From positions 10,478,001 to 10,542,000 of the forward strand of contig OX597814.1 of the NCBI GenBank assembly GCA_951406725.2: 64,000 nucleotides of DNA, read 5' to 3'. The notes below the pieces were generated by a model. The model made no database searches. It saw only the letters and a program-made list of their open reading frames with translations, and had not been told where the DNA came from. Each line of letters begins with the position of its first letter. The first letter of the stretch is position 1. A program made the translations under genes and the position numbers. Positions 1-14,197 of the stretch are shown in pieces. This DNA is from Octopus vulgaris (Eukaryota).

Positions 1-345
1 TATAGAAATTAAACGGCTAGTAATTCATGGATTTAGCAGTCTACGGAACTTAAAAATTATTTATTTTTGTGTACCTTATTAAACGAGACATAGATTGGCA
101 GAATGTTAGTATAGATTGACTGAACACTGATACTCTTCGTCAGTATTGAGAAGTCCTTGGTATACTGCAATCGATAGTATATTTAAAAAGAGAGCAAATT
201 TTGAACGTGTTTCATCTATATTTTGAATATATTCGAGCGGTGTGTCCTACTTGTCGTAGTCGAGATGAAAGTAAATGATTGCGAATTGTTTAGTTAGGAA
301 TAGATATATTTTCAGATAAAATAATTTAGAGAACCCATTCGTTAG

Positions 346-566
346 TTTACATTATTTACAATTGATGGATATTTCTCCTCATCTTGTTTGTTGTTAACAC
401 AACGTTTCGGCTGAGATACTCTCCAGCCTTCATCAGGTGTCTTGGGGAAATTTCGAACCTTGGGGAAATTTCGAAACAACAAACGAGGTGAGGACAAATA
501 TCCGTCAATTGTATAGAATGTAAATAATGTACATAATTCCTCATCTCTTAAATATAGAACTGTATT
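346..566. mobile_element. Penelope-like (PLE)-derived non-autonomous fold-back element with hammerhead motif and 13-bp TSD
   Basis: ACCCATTCGTTAG directly repeated at 333-345 and 567-579. Inverted arms at ~348-396 and ~475-531. Hammerhead on the - strand. Internal tandem CTTGGGGAAATTTCGAA x2. PLE origin is inferred from the hammerhead type. Confidence 0.8.
396..441 (-). ncRNA. Minimal type-I hammerhead ribozyme (canonical core)
   Basis: Minus strand: GACAC CUGAUGA A GGCUG-gagaguaucu-CAGCC GAA ACGU U GUGUU. Stem I is GACAC/GUGUU, stem II has 5 bp, stem III is the loopless palindrome ACGU, and the cleavage triplet is GUU. Confidence 0.85.
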
Positions 567-867
567 ACCCATTCGTTAGACTTAGCACCTTTTAGACATT
601 AAGAGGCGGGGTATTTGGACACCAGAGAAGGAATGAAATTTAGAATTTAGAAACATCACAAGAATTTCTGCTGAAAAAAAAAGCGAACTAGGGGTAGCAA
701 CAGAGTCTAACGAATAAATCCTACCTCTTATTTTGAAACTAAAACATACACATACATATAGGTATAATAATACATGTGGGTGTGTGGGTGTAATTGTATA
801 TAGGTGAATATATACATATATATTCGTGTGAGTCCGTACATATATATATAGATATATATATATATAT

Positions 868-1135
868 TGATAAAACGGTAAGATAACAAAAGAAAGAAAG
901 AGACCTCAATATTATGTAAATAGAGGAAATTTATCTATACAATATGTTACATTACTCGGTAGTCAAGATAAAACTCTGAGTTTCAGATGCCGAAGTGGAA
1001 ATCCACAACACCATCTCTTCGGTTATCTGGCTATTTTCTGGAAGATAGCCAGATAACCGAAGAGATGGTGTTGTGGATTTCCACTTCGGCATCTGAAACT
1101 CAGAGTTTTATCTTGACTACCGAGTAATGTAACAT

Positions 1136-1143
<8 letters not shown>
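868..1143. mobile_element. (TA)n-embedded fold-back element with a hammerhead in each arm
   Basis: Perfect 99-bp inverted arms at 936-1034 and 1045-1143, with an unmirrored extension at 868-935. (TA)n on both sides. Homologous to 35230-35410. Confidence 0.85.
1051..1113 (+). ncRNA. Type-I hammerhead motif (U4C core variant); mirror copy at 966-1028 on - strand
   Basis: AGAUAA CCGAAGA GAUG...CAUC U GAA ACUC A GAGU U UUAUCU. Stem I has 6 bp and stem III is near-palindromic. The paralog at 35335-35395 has canonical CUGAAGA. Confidence 0.7.
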
Positions 1144-1214
<71 letters not shown>

Positions 1215-1362
1215 GAATATATGTGTATATAGTCACCTATATACAATTATTTATATATATATATACACATATATATAAATACATTTCTTTCTCTTTCTAT
1301 CTATCTATACATACGCCCACATATATATACATATACGTATATAAATATATACTTGTATATAT

Positions 1363-1594
1363 ATTTCTTTACTACCCACAAGGGGCTAAACACAGAGAGG
1401 ACAAACAAGGACAGACAAAGTGATTAAGTCGATTACATCGACCCCAGTGCGCAACTGGTACTTAATTTATCGACCCCGAAAGGATGAAAGGCAAAGTCGA
1501 TCTCGGCGGAATTTGAACTCAGAACGTAACGGCAGACGAAATACGGCCACGCATTTCGCATTTCGCGTGCTAACGTTTCTGCCAACTCGCCGCC
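1363..1594 (-). mobile_element. tRNA-derived SINE family B (Nin-like core, LINE-type tail)
   Basis: A-box TGGCAGAAACGTTAG and B-box GTTCAAATTCC. Core GCCTTTCATCCTTTCGGGGTCGATAAATTAAGTACC. TSD ATATACTTGTATAT. Many copies in the window. Confidence 0.85.
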
Positions 1595-2045
1595 TTATAT
1601 ACTTGTATATATGCATGTATATATACGCGCATGCACAACAGGAAACATATGCAATATATGCACAAATATGCTGAGTAACTGCAGGTATTTCGTCAATTAG
1701 GCTGCGCTCGGTGACATGAAGACAACACCACATCCGTTAAAAACAATCCTATAACATCATTTATATGTGAAAACTAACCACACTTACATCGAAATATTTC
1801 ACTCTCCCGCCCTTTAGCGGAGACAGCATTCAGTGTATTTATTATGTGAAGAATTCGTTATATATATTACGATACTCTGCATATTTATTTACACTCAATT
1901 GTGTACTACATGATAGTTGTTGTTGGTGGTGTTTGTGGTGGTGATGGTGGTGGTGGTGGTGGTGGTAGTGGTGGAAGTATTTTCCCCGATACGAGGTGCT
2001 TACTTATCCAGCGATTTTCTAACAACGCCCGCTCACACCGTTTCT

Positions 2046-2081
<36 letters not shown>

Positions 2082-2540
2082 GTGCTTTTATTTATTACAC
2101 TTCACTTGTGTGTTAGTAGATTTAGAAGTTTGCCGTAATCTAAACGATTGATCTAAGTGTAGGTCGGGCTTTAATGGGCTGTTTCAAATTTAATGACCGT
2201 TCGGACAATTACACCAGTTTTATCTTCTGCTTGAAGATGGTTCCGAATAGTACATCTTAGAAATGGTCCCTTTCCTAAAGGTTAATTGCCATTGATTTTG
2301 TGAATTGTTGTGGAAGTAATAATAGTCAACGACTGTATCAAGACAACTACTGCGTAATTGATTTCTTTCAACTTCATTGCACTTTTTTTCTTTCTTTCCT
2401 TCTTTCCTTCTTTCCTCAATGCTACAATATTTTTTTTTCTGTATTTGTATTATTAAAAGCTACGTAGCAAGCCGAGTTACTGATAGTAATAATTCTTACA
2501 GCAAATATACAGACGAGAGTATTTTTGTAATGGCAACAAG

Positions 2541-2932
2541 TGTGTGTGTGTATGTATGCATGTATGTATGTATGCATGCATGCATGCATGTATGTATGTA
2601 TGTATGTATGTATGTATGTATGTATGTATGTATGTATGTGTGTGTATGTATGTATGTATGTGTGTATGTATGTATATATGTATGTATGTATGTATGTACG
2701 TGTGTATGTATGTATGTGTATGTATGTGTATGTATGTATGTATGTATGTATGTATGTATGAATGTATGTATATATGTATGTATGTATATATGTATGTATG
2801 TATGTGTGTGTGTGTATGTATGTATGTATGTATATGTGTATGTATGTATGTATGTATGTATGTATGTATTTATGTATGTATGTATGAATGTATGTATGTA
2901 TGTATGTATGTGTGTGTATATGTGTATGTATG

Positions 2933-2966
<34 letters not shown>

Positions 2967-3064
2967 TGTATGTATGTATGTATGTATGTATGTATGTATG
3001 CAAGTATGTATTTATGTATGTATATATGTATGTATGTATGTATATATGTATGTATGTATGTATG

Positions 3065-3096
<32 letters not shown>

Positions 3097-3141
3097 TATG
3101 TGTATGTATGTATGTATGTATGTATGTATGTGTGTGTGTAT
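2541..3141. repeat. Degenerate (TATG)n microsatellite
   Basis: Direct reading. Confidence 0.95.
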
Positions 3142-3670
3142 ACGCGCAGTATATAAGTGTTCGGCGTACACCCTGAGAAGATTTTTGTAAGGACAGATTC
3201 GGCTCCTTAGATGCGGTGAAAGCAATCAATCTCGAAGAAAATCTCCAAAATTAATACCCTCTTCCATCTTGGCCTAAGCTAGCACGGGAAATTATGGTTG
3301 ATGAAACTAGCATGATGAGTGTTCACTAACATAGATTCGAGTTAATGGTGCCACTTCAAAATCCTCAACAGGCAACCAGGAGGGTTCATCAGCACCCAAG
3401 GATTGCCGCTGTAGCAGATGGACATCCCGAACTGACGTGACGGATGGCTCTTGCTAAAGATTGAATACTGTGGAGACAACAACTATCTCACTTTGGTGCG
3501 CATTCTGTCGCATGCAGAGGTAGTGGAAAGTGACAAGTTATTTCTTGAGTGATTCAAAATGTAAAAATGACTGTGGTAAATAACCACAGAGCAAAATTGC
3601 AAACTAGGCTCATTGGGCAATCGTTCGAGAAACTAGGCAGAGGAAGCTCAATTTTACAACTCACTTGATA

Positions 3671-4127
<457 letters not shown>

Positions 4128-4402
4128 TGAGCATGTGTGTTAATGGTAATTAATGGTAGGGCAAGGAAGAGAATCAATATGATCAATCTGAAGGTGATGT
4201 CAATGAGTAAAACTAATAACAGAATAATAAACACAAAGTGAATTGTGCAGAAATCAAATCTCCAGACCTTGAATATTCTTCACGTAAATAATATTTGCGA
4301 GTGTTTTTCATGTATAGGACGGAGGATGTTGTCAATTTTATTGAATCGCTGACGGATGAAATGACTTGATCGGGATTTGAACTCACAGCAAATGTTAATA
4401 CT

Positions 4403-4633
4403 TATTTCTTTATTACCCACAAGGGGCTAAACATAGAGGGGACAAACAACGACTGACATAGGTATTAAGTCGATTACATCGACCCCAGTGCGTAACTGGT
4501 ACTTAATTTATAGACCCCGAAAGGATGAAAGGTAAAGCCGACCTCGGCGGAATTTGAACTCACAACGTAACGGCAGACGAAATACGGCTACGCATTTCGC
4601 CCGGCGCGCTAACGTTTCTGCCAGCTCGTCCCC
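4403..4633 (-). mobile_element. SINE family B
   Basis: Near-identical to 1363-1594. TSD AATGTTAATACT at 4391-4402 and 4635-4646. Confidence 0.85.
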
Positions 4634-5357
4634 TAATGTTAATACTGTAAGGGCATTAGTTAGTTACTTTACATATTTTGCTACTTCCCGTAGTTTACAG
4701 TTCAGGGAGTCACAGTACGGGAGTTTAAACACAATACCAAGTTAAACTCAAGTCGGGAGTAAAGCTTAGGAAAGAGATAAGCTTTACTCAGCTGACTTGA
4801 CTCAAGGTTTAATATAATAGGAAATTCTTCATTTAGGGGACACACCATAAGTTGAGGATTACGATTGATAAGTTATATGAAAGATTTAACTTGAGCGTAT
4901 GTATGTGTGTGTATATGTATGTGTGAGTGTGTGCGTTGTGTATGTGTGTATGTGTATGTGTGCACGCGTTGTGTATGTGTGTGTGTGTATGTGTATAAAA
5001 CTGTGTTCTATATGGGAGTATGCGCATTAACCTAAATGTTGTTTTTGTGTAAGATAATGAGAACGAGAAATATCTTCGTGCATTCATCGGTATGTGATGT
5101 GAATATTTATATGTGTGTGTATGTGTTCCTAAATGCAATTGCATGTGTGTGTGTGTGTGTGTATGTGTGCGAGTCTTGCGTTTGTGCGTCCGTGTGCGCA
5201 TATGTAACGAAAATGTTTCTGTGTATGAAATGAAATGTGTAGATGAAAATGCGTATTGATATTTCTATGGAAGCTACGATGTGTCTGTGTTTGAACCGTT
5301 ACGAGTGGCCATGAGCTTAAGCTACATATATAGCGAATACTGTATGTTATAGAGTTG

Positions 5358-5453
<96 letters not shown>

Positions 5454-5532
5454 TATGTGACTGACCTAAGCTGTAGGAGTGAATAAATGTTTTATGCTTA
5501 TATGCAAGCCGCAACGTATAGCGTGTACATGA

Positions 5533-5627
<95 letters not shown>

Positions 5628-6019
5628 TGTGTGTGTATCAGTGTACTTACACGTGTTATTGTCAGATGAATGAATGCATTTCGCTAATTCTCACAATAAC
5701 CAATTGAAAACTAATATATTGTTTTGGTGAATTATCGTCTTGTTGTTCTTGTTCTTGTTGTGAGTGGTATTGCTGTATGTAGAATCGTTTTGATAAGATG
5801 GAACATTATCCGTGTTTGTTTTGTTTCGTTCTCAATTTTAGTTTTTTTTCCGCCATATTGTCTTGACAGTTTGATCATAGCGCGTAAAGTCGCATATGAG
5901 ATTGTCGTATACGATGATATAGTTCTTAAGCAGGATACATAGATACCTACATACATGTGAAATCATATACACATACACACACATACACGACACACCATAT
6001 ATATACATACATAGAAGGA

Positions 6020-6069
<50 letters not shown>

Positions 6070-6136
6070 CTATATATTACACTCATAACCCCTATCTCAT
6101 TTTGTAGATATATATTATATATATACACATACATGC

Positions 6137-6195
<59 letters not shown>

Positions 6196-6324
6196 GAAAT
6201 ACATACATACATGCATGCATACATACATACATGCATGCATACATACATACATACGTATTACCGGCCTGCATACATACCTAAAGATAGAAATGCATAAATA
6301 TAAAAGAATGTTAGTGAGAGAAAC

Positions 6325-6389
<65 letters not shown>

Positions 6390-6723
6390 AAGGCAGACAG
6401 ATAGACAGTCAAAGAGTGAACGGAAGGTAAGGCAGTGTCTTTGTGTGTGGCAGTGTGTCCGCTTTTTGTTTATATCTTCGGTTGTTTTATCTGTGTTCTT
6501 TGTATGAATTAGCTATATAATATATTTACACTATACATATGTGTGTGTGTGTGTGTGTAGTTGTCAATGTCTGTATATGTGTATGTGTACGGTCTTGTAC
6601 GTGCAAGTGTGAATGCATATCTGATTACGAGCTGTCATGTACAGACAAAGAAAAGAAATTATACTCACACACACAGAACCACGTATACATAAATACGTAT
6701 CTTTATCTATAAGTATGCATATG

Positions 6724-6806
<83 letters not shown>

Positions 6807-6819
6807 GTCTGTCTATCTA

Positions 6820-6865
<46 letters not shown>

Positions 6866-7019
6866 TATGTATAGATGTATGTATGTATATATAAACACAT
6901 GCTTAGTTGCATACATATATAGATCTAAGTATGAGTAGTATGTATTTTTCAATTTCAATAAAAGTATTAATGCGAAAAATTAATCTCCAGCTGATAGATA
7001 AACTGAATACTTACAGGCA

Positions 7020-7072
<53 letters not shown>

Positions 7073-7081
7073 GTATGTTCT

Positions 7082-7126
<45 letters not shown>

Positions 7127-7156
7127 CATATGTATATACATATATGTGCATGTTCT

Positions 7157-7534
7157 TTCTTTTGCTTGCTTCAGTCATCTGACTGCGGCCATGCTGGAGC
7201 AGCACCTTTAGTCGAAAAAATCGACTCCAAGACTTTTTTGCCGAATCGCTAGGAGACGGGGGACGTAAACACAGCAATATCGGTTGACAAGCGATGATAG
7301 GAGGACAAACACAGACACACAAACATACACATACACACAAGAACACACACACATACATACATATATACATATACGAAAGGTTTCTTTCAGCTTCCATTCA
7401 CCAAATCCACTCACAAGGTCTTGGTCGGCCCGAGGCTATAGTAGAAGTCACTTGCCTGAGGTGACGCGCAGTGGGATGAGAACCCGGAACCATGTGGTTG
7501 GTAAGCAAGCTACTTACCACACATCCACTCCTCC
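7157..7534 (-). mobile_element. SINE family A
   Basis: Reverse complement of the family A consensus. Confidence 0.8.
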
Positions 7535-7571
<37 letters not shown>

Positions 7572-7573
<2 letters not shown>

Positions 7574-7880
7574 TTTAATTCCAAGAAAGATAGAGGTTGT
7601 GAATCCAACCCACTAAGGGATAATATCTATCCAATATACTGCTGGTAGAAAACCCAATTATTAATACACAAGTGATTTTTTTTTTGTTTAGTTTTTTTTT
7701 TTGCATTACAATTACATTACCGGGGGTAATAAATGGCTGACGGTAAAGAGTTATTCATCAACTTTTAGACATTATATTATGTTAATTTATTTATTTATTT
7801 ATTTACTAAAAGGACAATTATAACAATTATAACAAAGTTATAATTGTCCTTTTAGTGAATACATAAATAAATTGATATTA
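7572..7880. mobile_element. (TA)n-adjacent fold-back insert
   Basis: Imperfect inverted arms at ~7781-7824 and ~7837-7880 (ACTAAAAGGACAATTATAAC/GTTATAATTGTCCTTTTAGT). Hairpin GGATA/TATCC at 7618-7632. Confidence 0.5.
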
Positions 7881-8047
7881 ATTTTTCTTGCATGTAAAAG
7901 CAGTAGTTGACACGCTGTTCTGTTCTTTACAAGACATCACTCGGTTAATCAAAAAAACAAAAAAGAAATAAACGCATGCAGACATGCGCATGATACGCAG
8001 ACACATACGCAAATACACGCATGCTCAATCAGGCGTGCACACATAAA

Positions 8048-8346
8048 GACGGACACCAAAAGAGGAGGATAAAAATTCACACATTCCATAGTGAATTGAT
8101 GTTAATTTCGTAAATACATTGGGTATGGACACATATAAACGCAGAAAGACACGCACATATATATACACAATCACACGTTTACACATACACACATAGACGG
8201 ACACCAAAAGAGGAGGATAAAAATTCACACATTCCATAGTGAATTGATGTTAATTTCGTAAATACATTGGTTATGGACACATATAAACGCAGAAAGACAC
8301 GCACATACATATACACAATCACACGTTTACACATACACACATAGAC
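8048..8346. repeat. Two-copy tandem duplication, ~148-bp unit
   Basis: GACGGACACCAAAAGAGGAGG starts at 8048 and 8196; the units are nearly identical. Confidence 0.9.
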
Positions 8347-8767
8347 ACACTCACATACACACGCGTGCACGCTCACACAAACACACGGTCAAATTGTGAA
8401 AATAGATTCAGACACGCACCTATGCATAACTACAGACGCTCTGTTAATTAACAGAAGCAGAGATCTTTCAATTAATTATCCTTTTATTGATTTTCTTTTT
8501 AGTTTCAAGTTTCTAGTGATTGGTAGTAATCGATAAAACATTTCCAATTGTTTTCTCTCGATAATGTTCAGGTTTTTTTTTTTTGGTCATATATTTTTAT
8601 TTTTACATCATTACACATCCTGACTGAAATTATCTTAAGATATGTAAAAGAAGGCGCGAAATTCTGCTGCGTGATGTGTAACTACAACCATGTGAAATAT
8701 AGACACCACACAAATGACATAATATTACGTCTATTCGTGAACAACGAGTTACAAATAACACTGAATA

Positions 8768-9412
8768 TAGCTTCAAATTTTTCCACAAGGGCAGCGATTT
8801 CGGGGGCGGGAATAAGTCGATTACGTCGACCCCAGTATTCAACTGGTACTTATTTTATCGAACCCGAAAGGATGAAAGGTAAAAAAGATCTCGGCGGAAT
8901 TGAACTCAGATCGGAGCGACGGGGGAAATACCGCTTAACATTTCGTCCTGCGTACTAACGATTCTTATTTTTTTATTTCCCACAAGGGGTTAAACATAGA
9001 GGGGACAAACAAGGACAGACAAAGGGATTAAGTCGATTACATCGACCCAGTGCGTAACTGGTACTTAATTTATCGACCCCGAAAGGATGAAAGGCAAAGT
9101 CGACTTCGGCAGAATTTGAACTCAGAACGTAACGGCAGACAAAATGCCGCTAAGCATTTCGTCCGGCGTGCTAGCGGTTCTTATTTTTTTATTGCCCACA
9201 AGGGGCTAAACATAAAGGGGACAAACAAGGACAGACAAAGGGATTAAGTCGATTACATCGACCCCAGTGCGTAACTGGTAGTTAATTTATCGACCCCGAA
9301 AGGATGAGAGGCAAAGTCGACCTTGGCGGAATTTGAACTCAGAACGTAACGGCAGACGAAATGCCGCTAGGCATTTCGCCCGGCCTGCTAACGTTTCTGC
9401 CAGTTCGCCGCC
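8768..9412 (-). mobile_element. Trimeric family B SINE composite
   Basis: Three head-to-tail Nin-core units. Outer direct repeat ACAAATAACACT(G/T)AAT at 8751-8766 and 9415-9430. Confidence 0.8.
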
Positions 9413-9476
9413 TAACAAATAACACTTAATGTTAGGTTACTATTCTAATTTTCCTTGTGTCTTTTTTTAAAGGAGC

Positions 9477-9670
9477 AGGCGAGCTGGCAGAATCGTTAGC
9501 CTGCAGGACAAATTGCTTTGCAACATTCCTTCCGGCTCATTACGTTCTGAGTTCCCATATTGCCAAAGTCACCTTTGCCTTCCATAATGTCTAAGTTAAT
9601 AAAATACCACTGAAGTACTGAGGTCAATGTAATGACATGCCTTCTTCCCTCAGAATTACGAGTCCTGAGT
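9477..9670 (+). mobile_element. Diverged family B SINE
   Basis: GGCGAGCTGGCAGAATCGTTAGC head with a degenerate core. Confidence 0.65.
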
Positions 9671-11087
9671 AAAGCTGAGAAAGACTCATTATTGCTGTTG
9701 CATAGCCCCGGGACTTCTCTGATCAAGATAGGAAAATTCTAGTATCACTGGGAAAACACTTCGACCGTCTATACGGCGAGATTTATCTAAGCCATAGGAA
9801 ATGATTATTTAAAGGTACTTAAGTTTCTTTCTTTGAAATCTAGTAGCAATGAACATTCACGCACACGCGCACACACACTCACACACACACATACACATAG
9901 ACTCACACACACACACACACATGCGCACACTTACAGTAATCGAGTGCAAAGCTTCAACGTATTAGTATTTAATTAGGTAGAAGATTGGTTGAGTATTATT
10001 GAAGGAAAAGCAACATGAGATTGCTATACATTCACTGCTAATATGATATAGAATCTATAGTCTCTCTATATGTCTACGATCCGCTTGCCATTGCTTGCTT
10101 TTCGTGGCGATTAACTCTCCGTGAATTCTAACTGGTCCGATCTATAAGTAAATGTGTTTGAAACAAGACCATTACTACTCTTTCTAGTGTACTGTGACAC
10201 CTAGGGCTATAAATCGAATGTACCCCTTTCTTAACAAGTCTAGTTTATAATTTGAGGGAGATTTGACTGATGATACTTCGTGATCAAGTGACCACATAGT
10301 GGTTCGAACTTTCCGTCCAGGATAGTATATAGGACAATCACTTGTAGTTTATATCTTACAAGTCGACCACAATTAAACACTACCACCGTTGATTACAGAA
10401 TGAACTACAACACTGTGTCATAACGTACATCAAATTACTCATCATGCGGGAATATTTCTTGAAGCACTTCTTTAGGACAAAACAGCGACGATGCCTTCAC
10501 GTGATCGCTTGAGCTGGTGACCAAAATCATCCTGAAATCGCTACTCCCTGTCTAAAAAAATAAAAATAAAATAAAATAAACACCTTGTGCAATGTGACCC
10601 TTGATATATACACTAGCTATCAAAAACACAAAATGTAGGGTATTGAATGTTGAAATGTCTTTTTATCATAGATGTCGCTTGGTCAGATCTGAATTGGGGC
10701 TCTGCTTGGCCGTTACTTAATCGAGACTAAACAACAATATAGATATTTGATATGATGAGGCATAGTCCTACCATTGGTATTCAAACAACATTCGGAATGA
10801 AGATATCTCAACTTGTTGTTTGCAACCATCATACTGACGGAAAATATATCGCAACTTGCAACAATATTCGGTTCTAGCTCCGGAAATAGCTAAAGCAGCC
10901 TCTACGAAAATATTGATATCTTTCGCCTGACTTTACGTTGTAAGTTCAAATTCTGCGCAAGTCGACTGTGTCTTTCATCCTTTCGGGGTCGATAAAATAG
11001 GTGCCGGTTGAGCACTGAGGTCGATATTACCGACTTATCCACAGCCGTGAAATTTCTGACCTGCAAAAATTGGAAACCAATATGTTT

Positions 11088-11530
11088 AGCGAGCTGGCAG
11101 AATCACGCAAGCTGAGCAAAATGTTTACCTGCATTTTGTCCGTCTGTACATTCTGTGGTCAAACACCGCTGAGATCAACTTTGCCTTTCATCCTTTAAGG
11201 GTCGATAAAATAAGTACCTATTTCTTTATTACCCACAAGGAGTTAAACATAGAGGGGACAAACAAGGACAGACATAGGTATTAAGTCGATTACATCGACC
11301 CCAGTGCGTAACTGGTACTTAATTTATCGACCCCGAAAGGATGAAAGGCAAAGTCGACCTCGGCGGAATTTGAACTCACAACGCAACGGCAGACGAAATA
11401 CAGCTAAGCATTTCGCCCGGCGTGCTAACGTTTCTGCCAGCTCACCGACTTTAAAATAAGTACCAGTTGGTACTGGGGTCAATGTAATTGACTTTCCTTC
11501 TCCCCCGAAATCCGCCAAAATTTGGAACCA
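11088..11530 (+). mobile_element. Old family B SINE interrupted by a younger antisense family B copy (11219-11450)
   Basis: TSD TAAAATAAGTACC at 11206-11218 and 11452-11464; the host SINE resumes after the second repeat. Confidence 0.85.
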
Positions 11531-11936
11531 ATCAACGCACTCGCTCTATTGATTTATTCGGATTTCTTTATCGGTTTTACCGTCTAGACTTTCTCTCTTA
11601 GGAATATTTCTTTTACCTTAACAAGGCAGAAATATACGTTTTAATAAGAAACACGAATTCTTGTCCGGAGAATACATCTGAGTCTATTTTCATATTTTAT
11701 TTATTATGCTTTAACCAGTCATTATTTTCGACTGACCTTTCGTCTTGTCTATATTTATGTCTGCGTACACTTAAATTGTTGGTGTATTCAGGAATTTATT
11801 TTCGTATTTTTTGAGGTCTCAGTTAAAAGAATTTATTATAACAAATATTTTCGGCAAGCTTGCGAAAAGATTTATTTCTAGCAATGTGTATGCGTAATTA
11901 TATATTACATTTTTAGGCACACATGTAAAATTAAAA

Positions 11937-12192
11937 TTCGGTCAAGAATGACCATGAGATTGCAATTAGAATGTTCCCCTCCGAAGCACAAATCCGGGAA
12001 GGTTATTTATGGAAGACCAGCAGTTGTCCATGCATCTCAGCCTGCCCTTTCCACGCCACCGATGTTATCCAAGGGAAAGGCAAAGGCCGATACAGCTTGG
12101 CACCAGTGATGTCGCAACTCATTTCTACAGCTGAGTAAAATGGAGCAACGCGAAATAAAGTGTCTTGCTCAAGAACACAACACACAACCAGG
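11937..12192 (-). mobile_element. SINE family D (Meta/CORE-like domain), 5'-truncated
   Basis: Shares TGTGT(T/C)TTGAGCAAGACACTTTATTTC...CTCAGCTG with 28173-28482 but has a different tail. Confidence 0.65.
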
Positions 12193-12380
12193 TTTGACGC
12201 ACATATGTAAGCATATATATATATACATATACATATATACACACGCACAAATATATATAAGCAATAATAAATGTTATACATTCATCTCCTCACCTCTGTA
12301 TGTATGTATATATGTATGTATATGATTGATTGATTCTAGTTTCAGCTCATGAGCTGTGGCCATGCTGGGGCACCGCCATT

Positions 12381-12416
<36 letters not shown>

Positions 12417-12468
12417 TATATGTATATATATATGTATATATGCATGTATATAAGCGTGTGTATGCAAA

Positions 12469-12562
<94 letters not shown>

Positions 12563-13443
12563 TGTTTGTGACTAAAGAGAAAGAGGATTCTATTGAAAGC
12601 ATGAAATATTCAGTAATAAGATGTTCCGAACATAGTGTGGAAGGATATGTTCAGCGCTTTCTAATTCATACTTGAAAGATTAATTAAATGATATACTGAC
12701 GTGTTTATTAATTAACCTAAATTACACGCAAAATTGCTAATAAATAATTGAAGTGGTAAGGCAATTATGGTAATTAATGTATTAAGATTAAATTACCAAA
12801 ACAATACAAATGATGCGGGTGGCGGTTAGACACGTGGCTTTGTAATAATTTCTAATTTAGTGTAGAAATTGAAACAATCAATATTTTAGTCAACACACGC
12901 AGATGTGTGAGGAAGGAAGCCAATTGGCTCAGTTTATGTAATCAGAGGTATACGTCAATGGGTTTGAACACTATTCTAATTTGAAGAACAGGAGTGGGAG
13001 TAAGAGGGAGAAGGGAAAGGTTGAGGAGTTGCAGGAATGGGAGAATGAGATTTCGGTGAGAGGAACATTAAATAGTTGTCTTTATATAACTTTATTTTTT
13101 CCCCCGAAGGCATTAGTGACACTAGTCAAAAGTAATTGCGGCGACTGAGAATTGAAAACGAATTACGACTTGACTTCAAGAGTGAATACATTATTAGATG
13201 GAATTTTATGATGCGCTCCTCTCCGCGGATAGTAATGAAGATCAATCAGTGTTGTTTTTGCTTTTTATTTTTTTAACTGTAGCGCATCGGATAAGAGGTC
13301 AAGTTGTGTTTTGATTTTAGTCGTTTCATGTTCTCGGTTCAAATTCTGCTAGGGTTAAATTTGTCTTTTGTTCGCCCAGCGTTGATAAAATGGGCACCCG
13401 TTAACTGTTTGGGACAATACAACTGATTATAACGCTAATAATA

Positions 13444-13850
13444 GGCGCAGGAGTGGCTGTGTGGTAAGTAGCTTGCTAACCAACCACATGGTTCCGGGTT
13501 CAGTCCCACTGCGTGGCATCTTGGGCAAGTGTCTTCTGCTATAGCCCCGGGCCGACCAATGCCTTGTGAGTGTATTTGGTAGACGGAAACTGAAAGAAGC
13601 CTGTCGTATATATGTATATATATATATATAAGTGTGTGTGTATATGTTTGTGTGTGTGTGTTTGTCCCCCTAGCATTGCTTGACAACCGATGCTGGTGTG
13701 TTTACGTCCCCGTCACTTAGCAGTTCGGCAAAATAGACCGATAGAATAAGTACTGGGCTTACAAAGAATAAGTCCCGGGGTCGATTTGCTCGACTAAAGG
13801 CGATGCTCCAGCATGGCCGCAGTCAAATGACTGAAACAAGTAAAAGAGTA
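13444..13850 (+). mobile_element. SINE family A, full length
   Basis: tRNA-like head (GTGGCTGTGTGGTAAG ... GGTTCAGTCCC), internal (TA)/(TG) tract, tail GACTGAAACAAGTAAAAGAG. Confidence 0.9.
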
Positions 13851-14197
13851 GAGAGATAGATACAAAATACGTTGCCCGATTTAGTTACGTTCTTTTACGT
13901 TCTGAGTTCAAATCTCACAAGGGCTAACTTTTCCTCTTTTATAATATCTAGGAGCGATATAAGTAACAACTAAACACTGGGGGCAATTAATTCATAGGAT
14001 CTTCATCACTAAATGCCCTTATTCCATGTCCTCGTACTTCGTAATTTTTGTTTATGTTTTGTGACGTCCTGTGCTCACATGTGCATATGTATATACGTAT
14101 ACATGTATGTACGTATACGTATGCGTATATGCACATGTATATTATATCTAGTGACAGAAGAAGTCCCATTTCAGAATAGCTTTCTGTCGACCACAGT

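Noticed and set aside
125-150. CTGACGA on the - strand (similar lone heptamers near 10268, 20379 and 53916)
   Set aside because: Core heptamer only, with no stem II or GAAA; expected by chance.
3160-3530. Unique-looking block, possibly a retroelement UTR
   Set aside because: No second copy in the window and no protein or RNA motif I can support.
13444-13520. SINE heads as tRNA genes
   Set aside because: They are followed by SINE bodies, lack complete cloverleaves, and occur as many diverged copies.
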